In this document: positions 1 to 12,136 of the stretch, one piece after another | Numbering within the stretch: position 1 is the first letter of the stretch | How the letters are laid out: each line of letters opens with the position of its first letter | From: Pavona decussata | Lineage: Eukaryota | Direction: 5' to 3' | DNA length: 64,000 nucleotides | Assembly (NCBI GenBank): GCA_977016875.1 | Contig: CDRNST010000090.1 | Location: 310,001-374,000, forward strand | Translations under genes and position numbers: made by a program | Notes under the pieces: generated by a model | The model's input: the letters and a program-made list of their open reading frames with translations, nothing else | What the model was told of the DNA's origin: nothing | The model's database searches: none

Positions 1-2068
1 TTTGTGGCCGTATTTGTGTTACTCACGATTCAAGGGAAGTCCGTTAACGATAGGTAATTAATGATCACGTATTACTGGTTCCAAGAACAGAGATAAAAAG
101 CAACAGCCGGTCTTAATAGACGTATATTTTCACGCAGCGTTTATTCGGCTTTGAGACATTCTTTGATCACTAAAAACTCATCGATCCATGCGAGAGTTAG
201 AAATTAATGGCATCGTTGTGCGTTATTGCGACATGTTAGTGACTAGGCTTTATTAATACTGGTTTTGAAGTGGGAAAGCACTCTAGTTGTACAAGAAAGG
301 CCGCAGAAATCCTGCACTTCTTTGGCTCAAAAAATGAAGTACAGTTCCTTCTTGTAACCATTATTTCTTCCAACTATATCCTAGTTTATAATATGCGTTT
401 TTAGCCACACACATTTGTTAAGTCGAATTAAAATTGTTATTATTAAGGAGTATGCTCTTTAAATTTGACGATAAATGTTTTCCACTGAAGCGAATTATGT
501 CCACTGATGATGATAACCCTGATACACTTTAGCTACTGTGACCAACATAACTGATGGGGCTCATACTGGTAGGTCATATGTTGGACTGGTGTTGGGTAAA
601 CTAGTACATAGTGATGAGAGAGTACCATGGCATAATTTTTGTAAAAAATCATGTATAAAAGCAAACATCCCCTTACCCTGAACTGCACCTTTCCTGCTGA
701 AAGGTTAATGAAAGCATGAAAAGGTGTTGGTTGTATGTAAAATGTAATAAGATATATGTTAGTCTTATTCTTTTAGATGTATGGGTTGCATGTCTTGGAC
801 TAGTTTACAATGAGTGATCAAATGTTGAAACAGTTTGAGCTCTTTGAGACCACTGCTGGCAAAGGTACAGATTTAACTGCATTGTTGACTCCCCTATAGA
901 AGATACCAGTGTGTGTGTCCCCAACGTGTATGACGTGAAAAAAGGCGAGCGTTAGCGGAACCGAGCTGCACACTTCTACCAAAAATAATAATTCATATTT
1001 GAACACTTTTTATTGCAAAACAATAGACTGAACTGAAACTGAAAAATTCTAAGGATTGAAGGGGGGGGGGGGGGGGAAAGGTGTAAGGTCACGAACAACA
1101 ATGTCCAAAAAGTGGCAACTTCCTGTATTCTAGGTAGCTTTGTTGAAAGGGGACATTTGTATTGCATATATTATAATATGAAGAAATTAGTAAACAACAC
1201 CAAAAGAAAATGTCATCCTTTTTTTATGCATGACAAATTTCTTGTTGGTTAAAACTGATATATTTTGGGAGCCACATTCCCTCTGAAATAATAAATCATT
1301 GTGTGTTGTGTTATACATGAATTATTTTTCACTTTTATTCATTTTTTGGGGGAAGTTGTACAGAAATCTTTAACAGAATAGTACCAGAAATATGAAATCA
1401 TTCTAGATTGTAGTTCTTTCTTTGAAATAACAATTAATGACATATTCAATTAACAAATAAATGTCATAGCAATATCAAATTATTGCATGAAATAAGAATA
1501 TCATCAGCACAACTCTAGGTTATAAGAATTATTATTTATAAATTCTACTAGAGTAATTGGCAGCTGTCGAGCTTATGAAATGACAAATCTTGAGTGGTGT
1601 TCTATAAACACATATATGTGTATTTATTTATTTAATGATTTATTTTATAAAGTAATTACTTTCAATCTCTTAGTATATTGTACTGCTTTATTTCCTCTAG
1701 TGTATGTCTCTTCAATATATTGGTTATTTCATTTTTGTCTTTCTCTGCCAGCCTCGATGAGCTTTTGTTACTTGCGGTCCGGTGTGATTAAAAGTTGATA
1801 ATCATACAATATAAATGGGTTGATTAATTGATGAGGGCCTCACTGAATATCACTTTTGTGATGTGGGCTCCCGGCATAAAGATTGTTGGTATTATTAAAC
1901 ATAAACTGTTTTTCACAAATTTAATTTTAAATTAAAAAATTTAATTTAATTTTTTTCAGATATATTTTGGGGAAATTAAGATGGATAGAAATAACAATGT
2001 GAATGGTATAAGAATTGAATTTCTTTCTTTAAAATAACGGTTAAACAATTAATTGAAAATAGTAAGAT

Positions 2069-3804
2069 TCACTTTGCATGTTGCAACTGCAATTCAGCTA
2101 CCAAATGCTGTGTTGTGGGTCTTTTCTCTGGAGTGCCATTTATACAGGAGAAGGCTAATTTACGAAGAGGCTTGTATGGCTTATGTTTACACAGTAAAGA
2201 CAGTAGTAGCCCAAATGCATAAACATCACTAGGCTGAGACTGTGGGTGAGTTCCCCTCACAACTTCAGGAGCTATATGCTTATGAAATTTTCTGTACTTC
2301 TCTTGGTCTTTTATGGATAGCTTGTAGACTTTGCCCTTGGCTAGTGTTGTAGATTTAGCAAAATCTATAATTACAGGATGTAAACTATTATGGGCTTCAT
2401 TTATAATCACATTGTCACCCTTTAGATCATTGTGGAGGTATTCCTTAGAATGAATAAATTGTAAAGCATCTGCACACTCATACATAATTCTGCACCATTC
2501 TCTTTGGGGATCATTAATCTTTTTTACTACTAGGGAATTGAAGGTTACACAGTGACCCTCTATCCCATGGAATTGAGTTATGATAAGGTATGGTTTGGCT
2601 TCAATACAGTATCCAAACAACAGACTGAGGCTAACCTGAAAATGTAAAAAAAAGGAAGAAAATTAGCTCACTGTGCATTGTCTTAGACTGATGAACAGCT
2701 TTAACAATAGCTTGCAGACTAACTAATTGAAAAAAATAAAAAAAAGGAGTCTAACAATAGCCACATACAGCTGCTTTTTAGTTTAAGTTGAATTGCAGTA
2801 TGGGAGATTACCTGGGTGTTCCATTTTAGCAAGAACAGATGCCTCGTGTCTAACAAGTGAGAGGCGAACATTCTCTTTAAATTGCTTTACAGCGACCATA
2901 ATTCCCCTGTAGGTTTTCTTTGTGCATACACCAAAAACACCCTCTCCAAGGACTTCACCATCGCTTGCATGAGCTAGGTGATGTCGATTGATTTGCTTCA
3001 GGCTAAACACATGACTAAATAAATAGCATTATTACCGGTAAGTGATTCAGCAGTATTCAATGACCAGTACTAACAATGCAGTGATAAATCAACCACAATC
3101 TTGGTCCTCTGGTTTTTGAGGGAGGGCCCTTATATTTTATTAGGATCAAGAAATCAAAAGAAGTCCAAGAATGTTTCTGACAGTTGGCTGACAGATTAAG
3201 ATTCACCATCTTCCAATGAGCTTGATGCAATTACTAATGTATAGTTATTTTGCATTATTAGCATTTTGGGGGGTGAGGGGGGGTTGTAAGGGAGGGGGGG
3301 TATGATCTTTGGTAATCTGTTGTTGTTGTATCATATTCTTCTTACTGTGCGGTCAGGTGCCATTACATATTTTCAAAGTTTGAAACTTATTACCGGCCAT
3401 TCATCACCTGGAGCAATCTTGGTGAGGTTGAAGCTGTGTTTCTCTCCATTTTTCCAAAAAAATACAGCTTTTCTTTTTGCAGCGAATTCATTGATTTCGT
3501 GGCTGTGGGTTGCTTCAAAGTGCTTTTCTAGTTTGGCCGTGATGAGTGCACGCTTTTCCTTTCTTGTCACTTGGCGCATATTATTTTTGCGAGCAATATT
3601 TCGCCTCAGCCGCTTTCTGCGTAGCTCCTCTATTGTGTTCTTTCGGAATTTTCTTTGGGGGATGACTGATTCGTGGCCGCTTTGAGCATTCTGGGCCTTG
3701 CTTTGCCGACCGTCAGCAAGTGGGACACTCGCACCATCAGCTGCAGACTGAGGCAGTCCAGCAGCTTGACAAAACATGAGTCCATGTGCTTCTTTTGCGG
3801 ACAT
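2069..3804 (-). pseudogene. Spliced protein kinase (Ser/Thr or TKL-like), frameshifted/decayed
   Basis: Exon ~2811-3010 has the Gly loop LGEGVFG, VAVK and the C-helix E. Exon 2069-2635 has HNDLKGDN, DFA (for DFG), HIAPE, SDVYAFG and KRP. A GT donor near 2811 and an AG acceptor near 2636 are out of phase by one base. ORF 3373-3804 is a possible upstream exon. Confidence 0.8.
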
Positions 3805-5728
3805 TATTGACTATGTTGTTTTATACGCGGCAAGATTTCGCACCAAAGTGAATAGGTAACTATGACCAAATATGGGTTAAACTCTAGTTTCCAGAGTGCT
3901 AGTTTACACATAATTCTAAGACGAGAAAAACTGGGAACAAGTTTGGCAAGCTTGTTGGCCAGTGGTCTCTTTGAGAAGCGTGCGCAAAAAAAGATTTATT
4001 ATGTTGCTATGGCGGTCGTCATGGAAATGTACTCTCTAGTCGATTGAAATCAAGTCATGAAACAATTGTTTGTTGCTGAATTAGCGGAAATTTTTGATGC
4101 GGAAAATCAACCTATGTCGTAGACTTTACACGAACGCAAATCGACTTCTTATGGCTCCGTAATACGACGAGATGCTGTTATGTTATTTTCTGCGAGAGAG
4201 GAGCTATGAATGGAGCATTTTAAACAGTTCTATGTGTGAGCAAGTCGTTTCAACCCTCATGTGGCACCATGCTTGGTAAGTGACATTAATATAAGTCTTC
4301 AGCATAATAAACTGGTTTATTCAAGATAAATTAGCTTACACGTGTGTAGATATTTCCCTCATACGTTTCTCGCTTACCTATTTATTAAAGTAAATCTACA
4401 TTCTGCAAATATGCAAGCATTGTGTAAAACAACTGGAAGACAAACTTTGGTAAACATTGAAAAAATTAAGCTTACATTAGATGAAACCAGTTTTAAAAAG
4501 GCGAAATGTCATGATCAGGGTCATTGCTAAGCTTGATATTATACAAGTGTAAAAGAGATTTACAGTTTGTCTAGCACAAAGCTTCTATTTTCCATTCTTT
4601 TAATAGAGCTGTTGCATATTTTAGCTGGTTCTTTATCTCTGCTGCTACTGCATCATTTGTAATATCTTCAGGTGAAGCCAACAAACAGTTATGAGTAACA
4701 AAGAATTCCCTTTCCCACTCATCAAATCTTTTTTTTAAGCATGCGATGTTCATGCAAAACCTTTGACTGCACAATGGCAAGTCTAGACAAATAGTCGTCA
4801 GCTATTTCTTTGTTGTTTGGGCTGGAGGTATGGGATCTTCTTGCTCGATCTAACCTTTGGACCTCTGGCGTCACCCCAAGTACAACTGCTACTGCTTTAC
4901 AAAGCTTGGTTTGTAATGAGGTGGCATCCTTCTCTACGTTCTCCTGTGTTAGAAAACAAGCAAATTAAAGGGGACAGTGAAATTGAATGCAGTACATTAG
5001 GGAATTGGTACCTCCACATTCTTGAGTTACAGAAGAAGAAATTTAAAAATCAAGTTAGGGTTGTGAATCAAAGTGTTTAATTTGATACAAGTTATTTCAC
5101 CAAGCCTGAGAAACCTTGTGGTTTATATCTTGGGGGGATGTGACATTTTTTTCCACAGACATTTGAATTTTTCTCAATATTTTGTTTTTGTTCCACTTAC
5201 TTGATGCTTTTGCGTTAACTCCTGCTTTTCCTGTCGCAAAGTGGAAGAACCATGAGATTTGGAATTGGTGTCAATTTGCTCTAGGACTCTATATTCGTTG
5301 GCTGCAAATAAGGTAACAGAAGAGATAAAAATTAATAATTGCCACACGAAATCAAAGCCCAAGTACTTCCTTAAAGCCCACTGAGATGAGTTAAGGGAAC
5401 TCTCACTATGTCTTGTAAAACAAACAAGTTGAAATGAATTTTTTGTCTTTTGGGCTTGGATATAGTACCCCTTTCGGATTTGAGTGCATTAATTCCCTGA
5501 TAAATACTTCAGGCAGACATAATTATTGGTACAATCCTTCTGTAACAAGCACCCTCCTTTTCATGGTAAAATTATAAGAACAATACCTTTTTATATAATT
5601 ATATATATAATATTATCTTTTACAATTGAGCCTATTTATTCCTAAATTTATTTTAACGGAGTAAAATAAAATTTTTAAGCTGCTGATCGTTCACATACCA
5701 TAATCTTATAAGAATTTAGTGATCAGTA

Positions 5729-5818
5729 TGGTAAACCTTAAAGTATAATTATCATACTTTAGGTTTACCACAACTGGTCATGTGTATTAGCACTAAGTGC
5801 TAATACACGACCAGTTGT
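5729..5818. repeat. Two adjacent near-perfect hairpins/palindromes
   Basis: TGGTAAACCT(T)AAAGTAT...ATACTTTAGGTTTACCA is followed directly by ACAACTGGTC(AT)GTGTATTAGCAC-TAA-GTGCTAATACACGACCAGTTGT. Confidence 0.85.
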
Positions 5819-8564
5819 TAAATTTAAATGACCGGGTCTATAAATGAAACTAACCAGTTTATTGTTGTTGGTTTGTGATTGAGGGTATTTGGAGCAAGTT
5901 CTCGTCTTCAAAGGCTACTGTCTCTTCTCCTCCAATCAGCCTCAAGCCTACAGCTGTCTCAAGATCACAGACTGGCTCTTGAATCACATTACTTGGCATG
6001 CAATGAATCGTAGTTGTGCAGTGGTCTTGCTCATCATGGACTGGCAGTTCTGTGGCCTCAGGTTGTGGCAGGTCCAGTTCTCTTTGGGCAGGAAATTGAA
6101 ACAATGGCCCAGTCAAGTAGTTTGGTAAAATTCTTTCAGTGTTGCCATCTTTGGTGTCATTGCGAATTATGTCTGCTGGGATTATGGTTTCTTCTTTTAA
6201 ACACTCTTGCCAACAAGTCATCAAGTAGTTTTTTTCATTCTTGAAGTCACCAGATCTAAAGTGGTGGAGTGTGGGACCCTCCTCGCGAGAATTGGCCTCA
6301 CCACATGCATCAAAAAACTCAACAAAATCATCATCTTGAGACCACCACACACCTTCTCCTGGTAAAAGAAAGTCACTTATCCTCTCCAAGTGTGCCTGCC
6401 AGGATGAAGAGTGTTTCTTGATGAGGGTCTTTGGGATTTTTGTGTTCTTTTGTGGTGGAAGTGAATGTGACGCGAGACCTGTGATTGCTGTTTTGCCACA
6501 CAGTCTTCCATTCTTCCGAGTTGTTCTTCAGCCTGCAAACGAATGAATATGTTGCTAATGATGTGGCCAGGGCGGTAGCATGATGTGGTGTTTGTGATGG
6601 ATTTAACAGTGTTGAATGTCCGCTCTTCTTCTTCTGCATTTGCTGAACGTCCTGAAACAATGCGTAGCTGTATTGGGCCATGGGCTGTCAGGTCATGCAA
6701 GTAGGTGCCATCAAATTTTCTGACAGTCATTTTGCGAAGTTGAAAACCAATAGTTTCTTTATAAAGCATGTGGTGGTACCAGCTGTAGTTGTGATAACGT
6801 AGGATCAGGCGTGGGGATCTAGCTTCATCATCCTTGTAGAGGATGTCCTGCATATGAACTGCTGTATCAAGCAAATTTTGCACTCTTGAAATTGCAGTTC
6901 CCCGGACATAGCTTGCTGTTGTAATTAGGGAACAGCGGAAATCAACAGCTCGTTTGGTTTCTTTCCTTCCGGTTGTTAAGCTGACTGCCTCAAGTAACTT
7001 TGCCTTACAAGTTTCGTCCTCAATGTGCTCTGGTAGCTCTGTTAAGAGATTGTCGATGTGGTGGGCAATGTCATGCATTGGCTCACATGGAATGACCTCA
7101 TAACTCCCAAGATTTAAAGATTCAAGTGATGTGGTTGAATTCCTGAAAAGAAGGGCGGGCACTCGGTTTACTCCATGCATTTCTTCATCCAAAAGGTTTT
7201 GCAGCTGTTTCGTTGTCTTCCCTTTATATATCCCTCGTCCAATTAATTTGTTCTCTAGTTCTTCGTTTTTCATTCCGCCAAAAGGCTTTGGTTGTTGCCG
7301 AAGAGAGTTTCTCTTTCCAAGGGGACCCTTCAAAACTAGTTCTTGTCTGTCATAAAGAGAGACATGTCCACAACGGAGGCAGTAATCCAACTCATGGACT
7401 CTTTCTTTCATGTGCTCCACAACTAGAGCAGTAGAAGTGCCCTCCTTTCTGTTGACCACTTTCAAATGATCGGGAGGGTGAATCACCATGGAAGAACCTC
7501 ATGATATCCTTTATTTCATTGCCATGTGTGGTTTTTAGATTTCTTTGTAGGTGTTGCAGACAGCAAAGGCGTGTTTCTACATAGGCAAGTTGCTCTACAT
7601 CACAGCTCCTGCATCTTGCTATGATGTAGACCTGCGGCTTTTCTACTTCCCCTTGTACATTGATGTTCTTGCCTGTGGCTTGCTTGTACTCTTCATTTGT
7701 CATGTAAATTGCAGGGTCATATAGGCAGTTGACTGTATAGATTATGTGGCCAGTGTTTGCTAGGGTGGAATGGTCGTCCCAGATTTGAAGGTGTCTTGTT
7801 CTTGAAATTTTTCTCAATCTCTTTCTCATCTTAGTGAGGCCATCCTCTTCATTATACTCATTCAGCTTCTTCAGCTGCCTCGTTACTTCTTCCCTGGACA
7901 TTTCTGAAAAGTATTCATCAGGCATGACCTTCATGAACTTTCCATGCATTTCCAGTGTCTTCGTCCAGATTTTTTCTAATGGTTGCTTTCGTCCTTCCAC
8001 AGTAAATGTCGTTGTTTTTAGTTGGCCATCTGTGCCAATGATCAACTTTTCATACTACATGTAAGATAAGAAGAAAAGATTATATTGCCATGATGGTTAA
8101 TAATTAAAACAGAAGAAAACAAACTATTAGTAACACTTTCATATCATTTATTGTGCAGTTCTATGAGGAATCCATTCCCACCCGATGGTAGGTCATAGGA
8201 AATTCCTAGGGAGAGGGGGGAGGCAAAGTATGAAGCTAACCTGGAATCTTTCGGTTGGGGGGGGGGGGGGGGTGGTGAAAAACAACAACAACAAAAAAAT
8301 ACTTTGCTCATTGTTTACTCATAATGGCAAATTCTAGTTAAAACTTCATACATTCATTACATTCTAGTGCACTGTATTTTTATTATTTATTTTATTTTTA
8401 GTTTCAGACAAAGGCACAAAAATGTCACTTATGATCCTTTCTTTTCACAATTTGCATGAAGGAGAGATGTAGACTTGTAAAATTTGTTTATGTTCCTTAC
8501 ATTATACATTTTGGTGTTAGACTTCATTTAATGATTACAATTTTTTTTCAGAAGTATGCTGAAG

Positions 8565-8620
8565 GTACAAGTGCACTCGATCATATCTAGCATGTTAGAC
8601 TGCGCAATATAAGAAATAAA

Positions 8621-8678
<58 letters not shown>
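8565..8678 (+). repeat. (ATT)19 microsatellite, probably the tail of a short SINE/LINE 3' fragment in an intron
   Basis: ATT x19 at 8622-8678, preceded by AATAAA and a short unique head. Confidence 0.7.
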
Positions 8679-8680
<2 letters not shown>

Positions 8681-11600
8681 GTTGCTTGTTTAAGGGACAT
8701 ATACATGTAGCTATTGGCTGCCATATCCTGAAGATAATGGTAGGTGAACTTAAATATTTTTTCCTTTCTTTCATTTACATGTATTTATGGCTGTAAGGTT
8801 GTGTTTCGTGGAAATTGTTCCATGGAGGAGGAAGCTATTTACTACATGCTCACCTCTTGTGGAACTATGAGCTCTCCAACTGTAAATTCGCCCTGTTGAA
8901 TCTTGAGCTTGAGTCGCTCCTTAATCTTGTCATTGGTTTGTGGCATGGGAAGGCTTATTTCACCACCCAGTCCTTTCAATTTCTTTCTTCGCGGCTGTCG
9001 GTCAGCTGTAGATGGGCGTTTAAATCGGTGTAGGTTGACACCTTGGGAAATAAGCCATTCTTGAGCAATTTGACCACCATTCTTAGCAATTTGCCCCTTC
9101 TTCTTTGTAATTTCATATCTTCTCGCCAGCTCAGACCAGTTTATCTTTGTCTCATCTTCATATGCTTCCACCTCTAGCTTTAGGGCATTCTTGTCCCATG
9201 TCACAGCGTCAATGTTACCCATACGGCGTTTCTTTTTCTTAGCAGCTGTAGCTTCATGTTCTGATGTGATCTCCTTTCTTTTCACTGCAGCTTCTTTGGC
9301 CTCAAAGGAAGAGTCAAGACGCCCACGTTGCCTTGCTGAATAGGACTGCCGCTGTCCAAGACACCTGAAATATTGATGACAGTCATGTCAACTATGCCCA
9401 GATGAATTTACGTACAGTATAACTGAATTTTATTACATTGGGCATTTTGCTGCACACTTAAGAGGACTACAGTTACCAGGAAACATGTTATGCCCCCCAA
9501 AATTTGAAAATATAGATCATGAAATGAGTTATTATACCAGCAGTTTCAATCTTTCTTGATAGGTTGCAGTGTAGTTGAGGTTAAATTACACACTCTGTTT
9601 AAAGTGTAAGGTGTGTAGGATTTACTGATTGATTGATTGATTGGTTAAAATCAATCGAGCAGACAAATGAAGAGCTTATTAAACATAGCATTTAAAATTT
9701 TTTTTTTTTATTCTGACTCATGAAAGTAGAGACAGAACGACGGTTTAAGCTAGGTGTGGGAGAGGGAAGAAACTGAAAATCTACCATTGAATTTGGGGAG
9801 TAACCCGGGGGATTAACTGAGACTGTTCTGAAAGTAAAGTACCTCAAAAGGGAAGTCTTCTCCCACTCGCCCTCTACTTGCTGCTTGTATTTTCTGTAGG
9901 CTGCCCTTCTTTCTCTTTTTGCTTCAGCTAAAGACTTTTTTTTCCTGAATCTGGAGTTCTGGAAGTTTCGTAAGATCCTTACCAAACGATGTACTACAAA
10001 CTTTCTGAAATGTAGCGTCAACTTTGCTGTAGAGAGCTCTTGCAATGTCTTTTACTTCCGTTGCTTTGCATGGCTTGATCCGCTCTTTGCTTGCGACAAA
10101 AAATGGATTTTCTTTTGCCATCCCCAGAAACTGATTAGACTTCACAGGGAGTAATGCCTGCACTTCAGGATAATGATGATAACACCCTTTGCAGTTTGCA
10201 AAGGAGTGTTGGTTTTTTTTTCATTGGCGCTATTTTTTTGCCAGTTTTTACTGCTGAATGTTTTCAGATAATTCTCTTTTCTTCTTTTTTCCTGGGTTTC
10301 CAGTTGCTAAACATTGCTCGGAGGGCTGGTATCTTCTTCTGAAATTTCAAAAATTCTATGGCAAAATCCTTAGCTCTGTCTTTGAAGACTTCATTGAACT
10401 GTCGATAACACTCTTGCATTAAGCGCGCTCTAAATTTCGCTGTACCTCTCCATTTTCCCTCTTTAAGGTTTTGGTTGTTTCTCTGACGATCTCCAAGGCA
10501 GCAACTCGAGCAAAGCCGCAACTTGTTGGGCAAATAAGCGTCGCAACCATCTTAATTATAAGAACGAGATCGAACTGAATGCTTTCACAACTACTTTGTA
10601 GAAGTGTGGCTGAGTTTGGCGCTCATTTAACTGAGCGGTACATTATATGAGTGCATAAATTACTACTGTATCATCTTTCAAATAACTTTTACTTCAATGC
10701 TTTATCATTCATCAGAAAGAAAGCACTTCTGAGCCAGAATTTAATGTAGCCATGATAATGTCAAACTATTCGGCGGATGATAAACGGTCATAAATGCTTT
10801 CGTCGGTCCCTTTACCGAAGCTATTAATCTCGCAAACCAAACAAGTTAAACCATTTCTTAAATCTTACCCTCATTGTGGGTAAAAAACGCATTTTGGGCC
10901 TCAGTTTGGTTGCTGTAGTAGGTTTTTCTCTACTGAAAAGAACTTGGCAGATTCGTGCGCCAATTTGTTTTCTTCCGAAATTGCCATAACAATAGTGACA
11001 TCGGCTGCTTGTAAGTATCGTAGATGCAGAAGGAAAATGTCACCTTAGCTCAAACATAAACTGCTTTGCGAAACCTCGTTGCAGAAGCATTAGTTACAAG
11101 CCTTCAATGCGAGTTCACTGATATTAGTCTTCATGGAATCCTACTGAACACAATTCCAACTGGAAGGGTTGCATTTGTGTTGCAGAAAAAGTTAAGTTAG
11201 TACGACGTCATTCGAGAGCGTGCCAAAAAGTTATTATTTTGGCTGTGTAATATAAAATAGAATGTTCAGACATCCTTTCCAGTGAGTTTCAAATTCCTCA
11301 TCTATTGAACTATCCCTCTTGCAAATTTGTCATTTTAACGCTGATGCAAAACATCCCTGCCATGCAAACAAATGATATTGTCAGTTAAATGTCGTTTAAT
11401 CGTCACGTGACCTTTTCTGCGGGCGCCAAATATCAGGAAATTTTTAAAAAAGTATTTGAAAGCAATACAAGCGAAAAAGTAGCACATTCACGCCCTTAAA
11501 ATTTTCAAATAATTTTTTATTGAATTTTGGACGATTTTCCCCTAAAACCCAGGCCTTAATGTACCTGAGAAGCAGGAGTTGACTGCAAAATGAATGAATT

Positions 11601-12136
11601 ATAAGGAAATGTCAAAATTAAGTAACTGGCAATTTTGTCAGGCAATACTTCTAGCGTACTTCCGTCATAGAAATTGAAGACCATGCTCTCATCACTTAGT
11701 TACTGAGGGCTTAATAGTTTAAACAGTCGCATATTGTCACAATAATTAAGTAAGTGAATGATATATTTATTGACAGTAGGTGTTCAAAAAGGGCAATCTA
11801 ATAAGTTACAAACTTTTTTTTACAATAAATACATGTAAATAATACAGATCAATTCGATATTATTTACTGTCATGTTGGCCAATTCCAAACTACAATTAGA
11901 ATTAATTACACCAATGTAATTTCAATTTCATAATGAAATTTATAATTATAATTATTATTCAAAGTTTGACTTTCATGAACATGAAAATGCTCATAAATTA
12001 AATCTGAAGTGATAAAATATTATGGCCACAGCATAAAAATACTGAATGCTTGATCTAAATTGACAGTTAAAACCAATTTTGAATTCAAATTAAATAAAAA
12101 AAAACTTTGGCTACAAATGTAAAAGTCAGTTTCTGA

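Larger units (their letters stand above)
4571..10550 (-). pseudogene. Multi-exon RAG1/Transib-like DDE transposase with SAP-like inserts, frameshifted
   Basis: Motifs occur in RAG1 order: IWDDHS (~7775), FFHGD..ESGQQKGGHFYCSSC (~7490-7417), EPMHD (~7080), YLHDLTAH (~6690), SANAEEEERTFN (~6630). GT-AG introns are visible, e.g. donor 8853 and acceptor 8055. Several frameshifts split the gene across ORFs 10264-10533, 9924-10163, 9692-10045, 8842-9285, 7392-8045, 6377-7489, 5859-6389 and 4571-4780. Confidence 0.65.

Noticed and set aside
1828-1900. Stem-loop GGGCCTCAC..ATCAC-TTTT-GTGAT..GTGGGCTC as a ribozyme or SECIS
   Set aside because: It lacks the catalytic or SECIS core motifs and more likely is a decayed LINE 3' UTR stem-loop.
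3302-3685. Plus-strand ORF, and similar ORFs at 12192-12635, 36616-37071 and 61157-61561
   Set aside because: They are antisense shadows of better-supported minus-strand coding regions.
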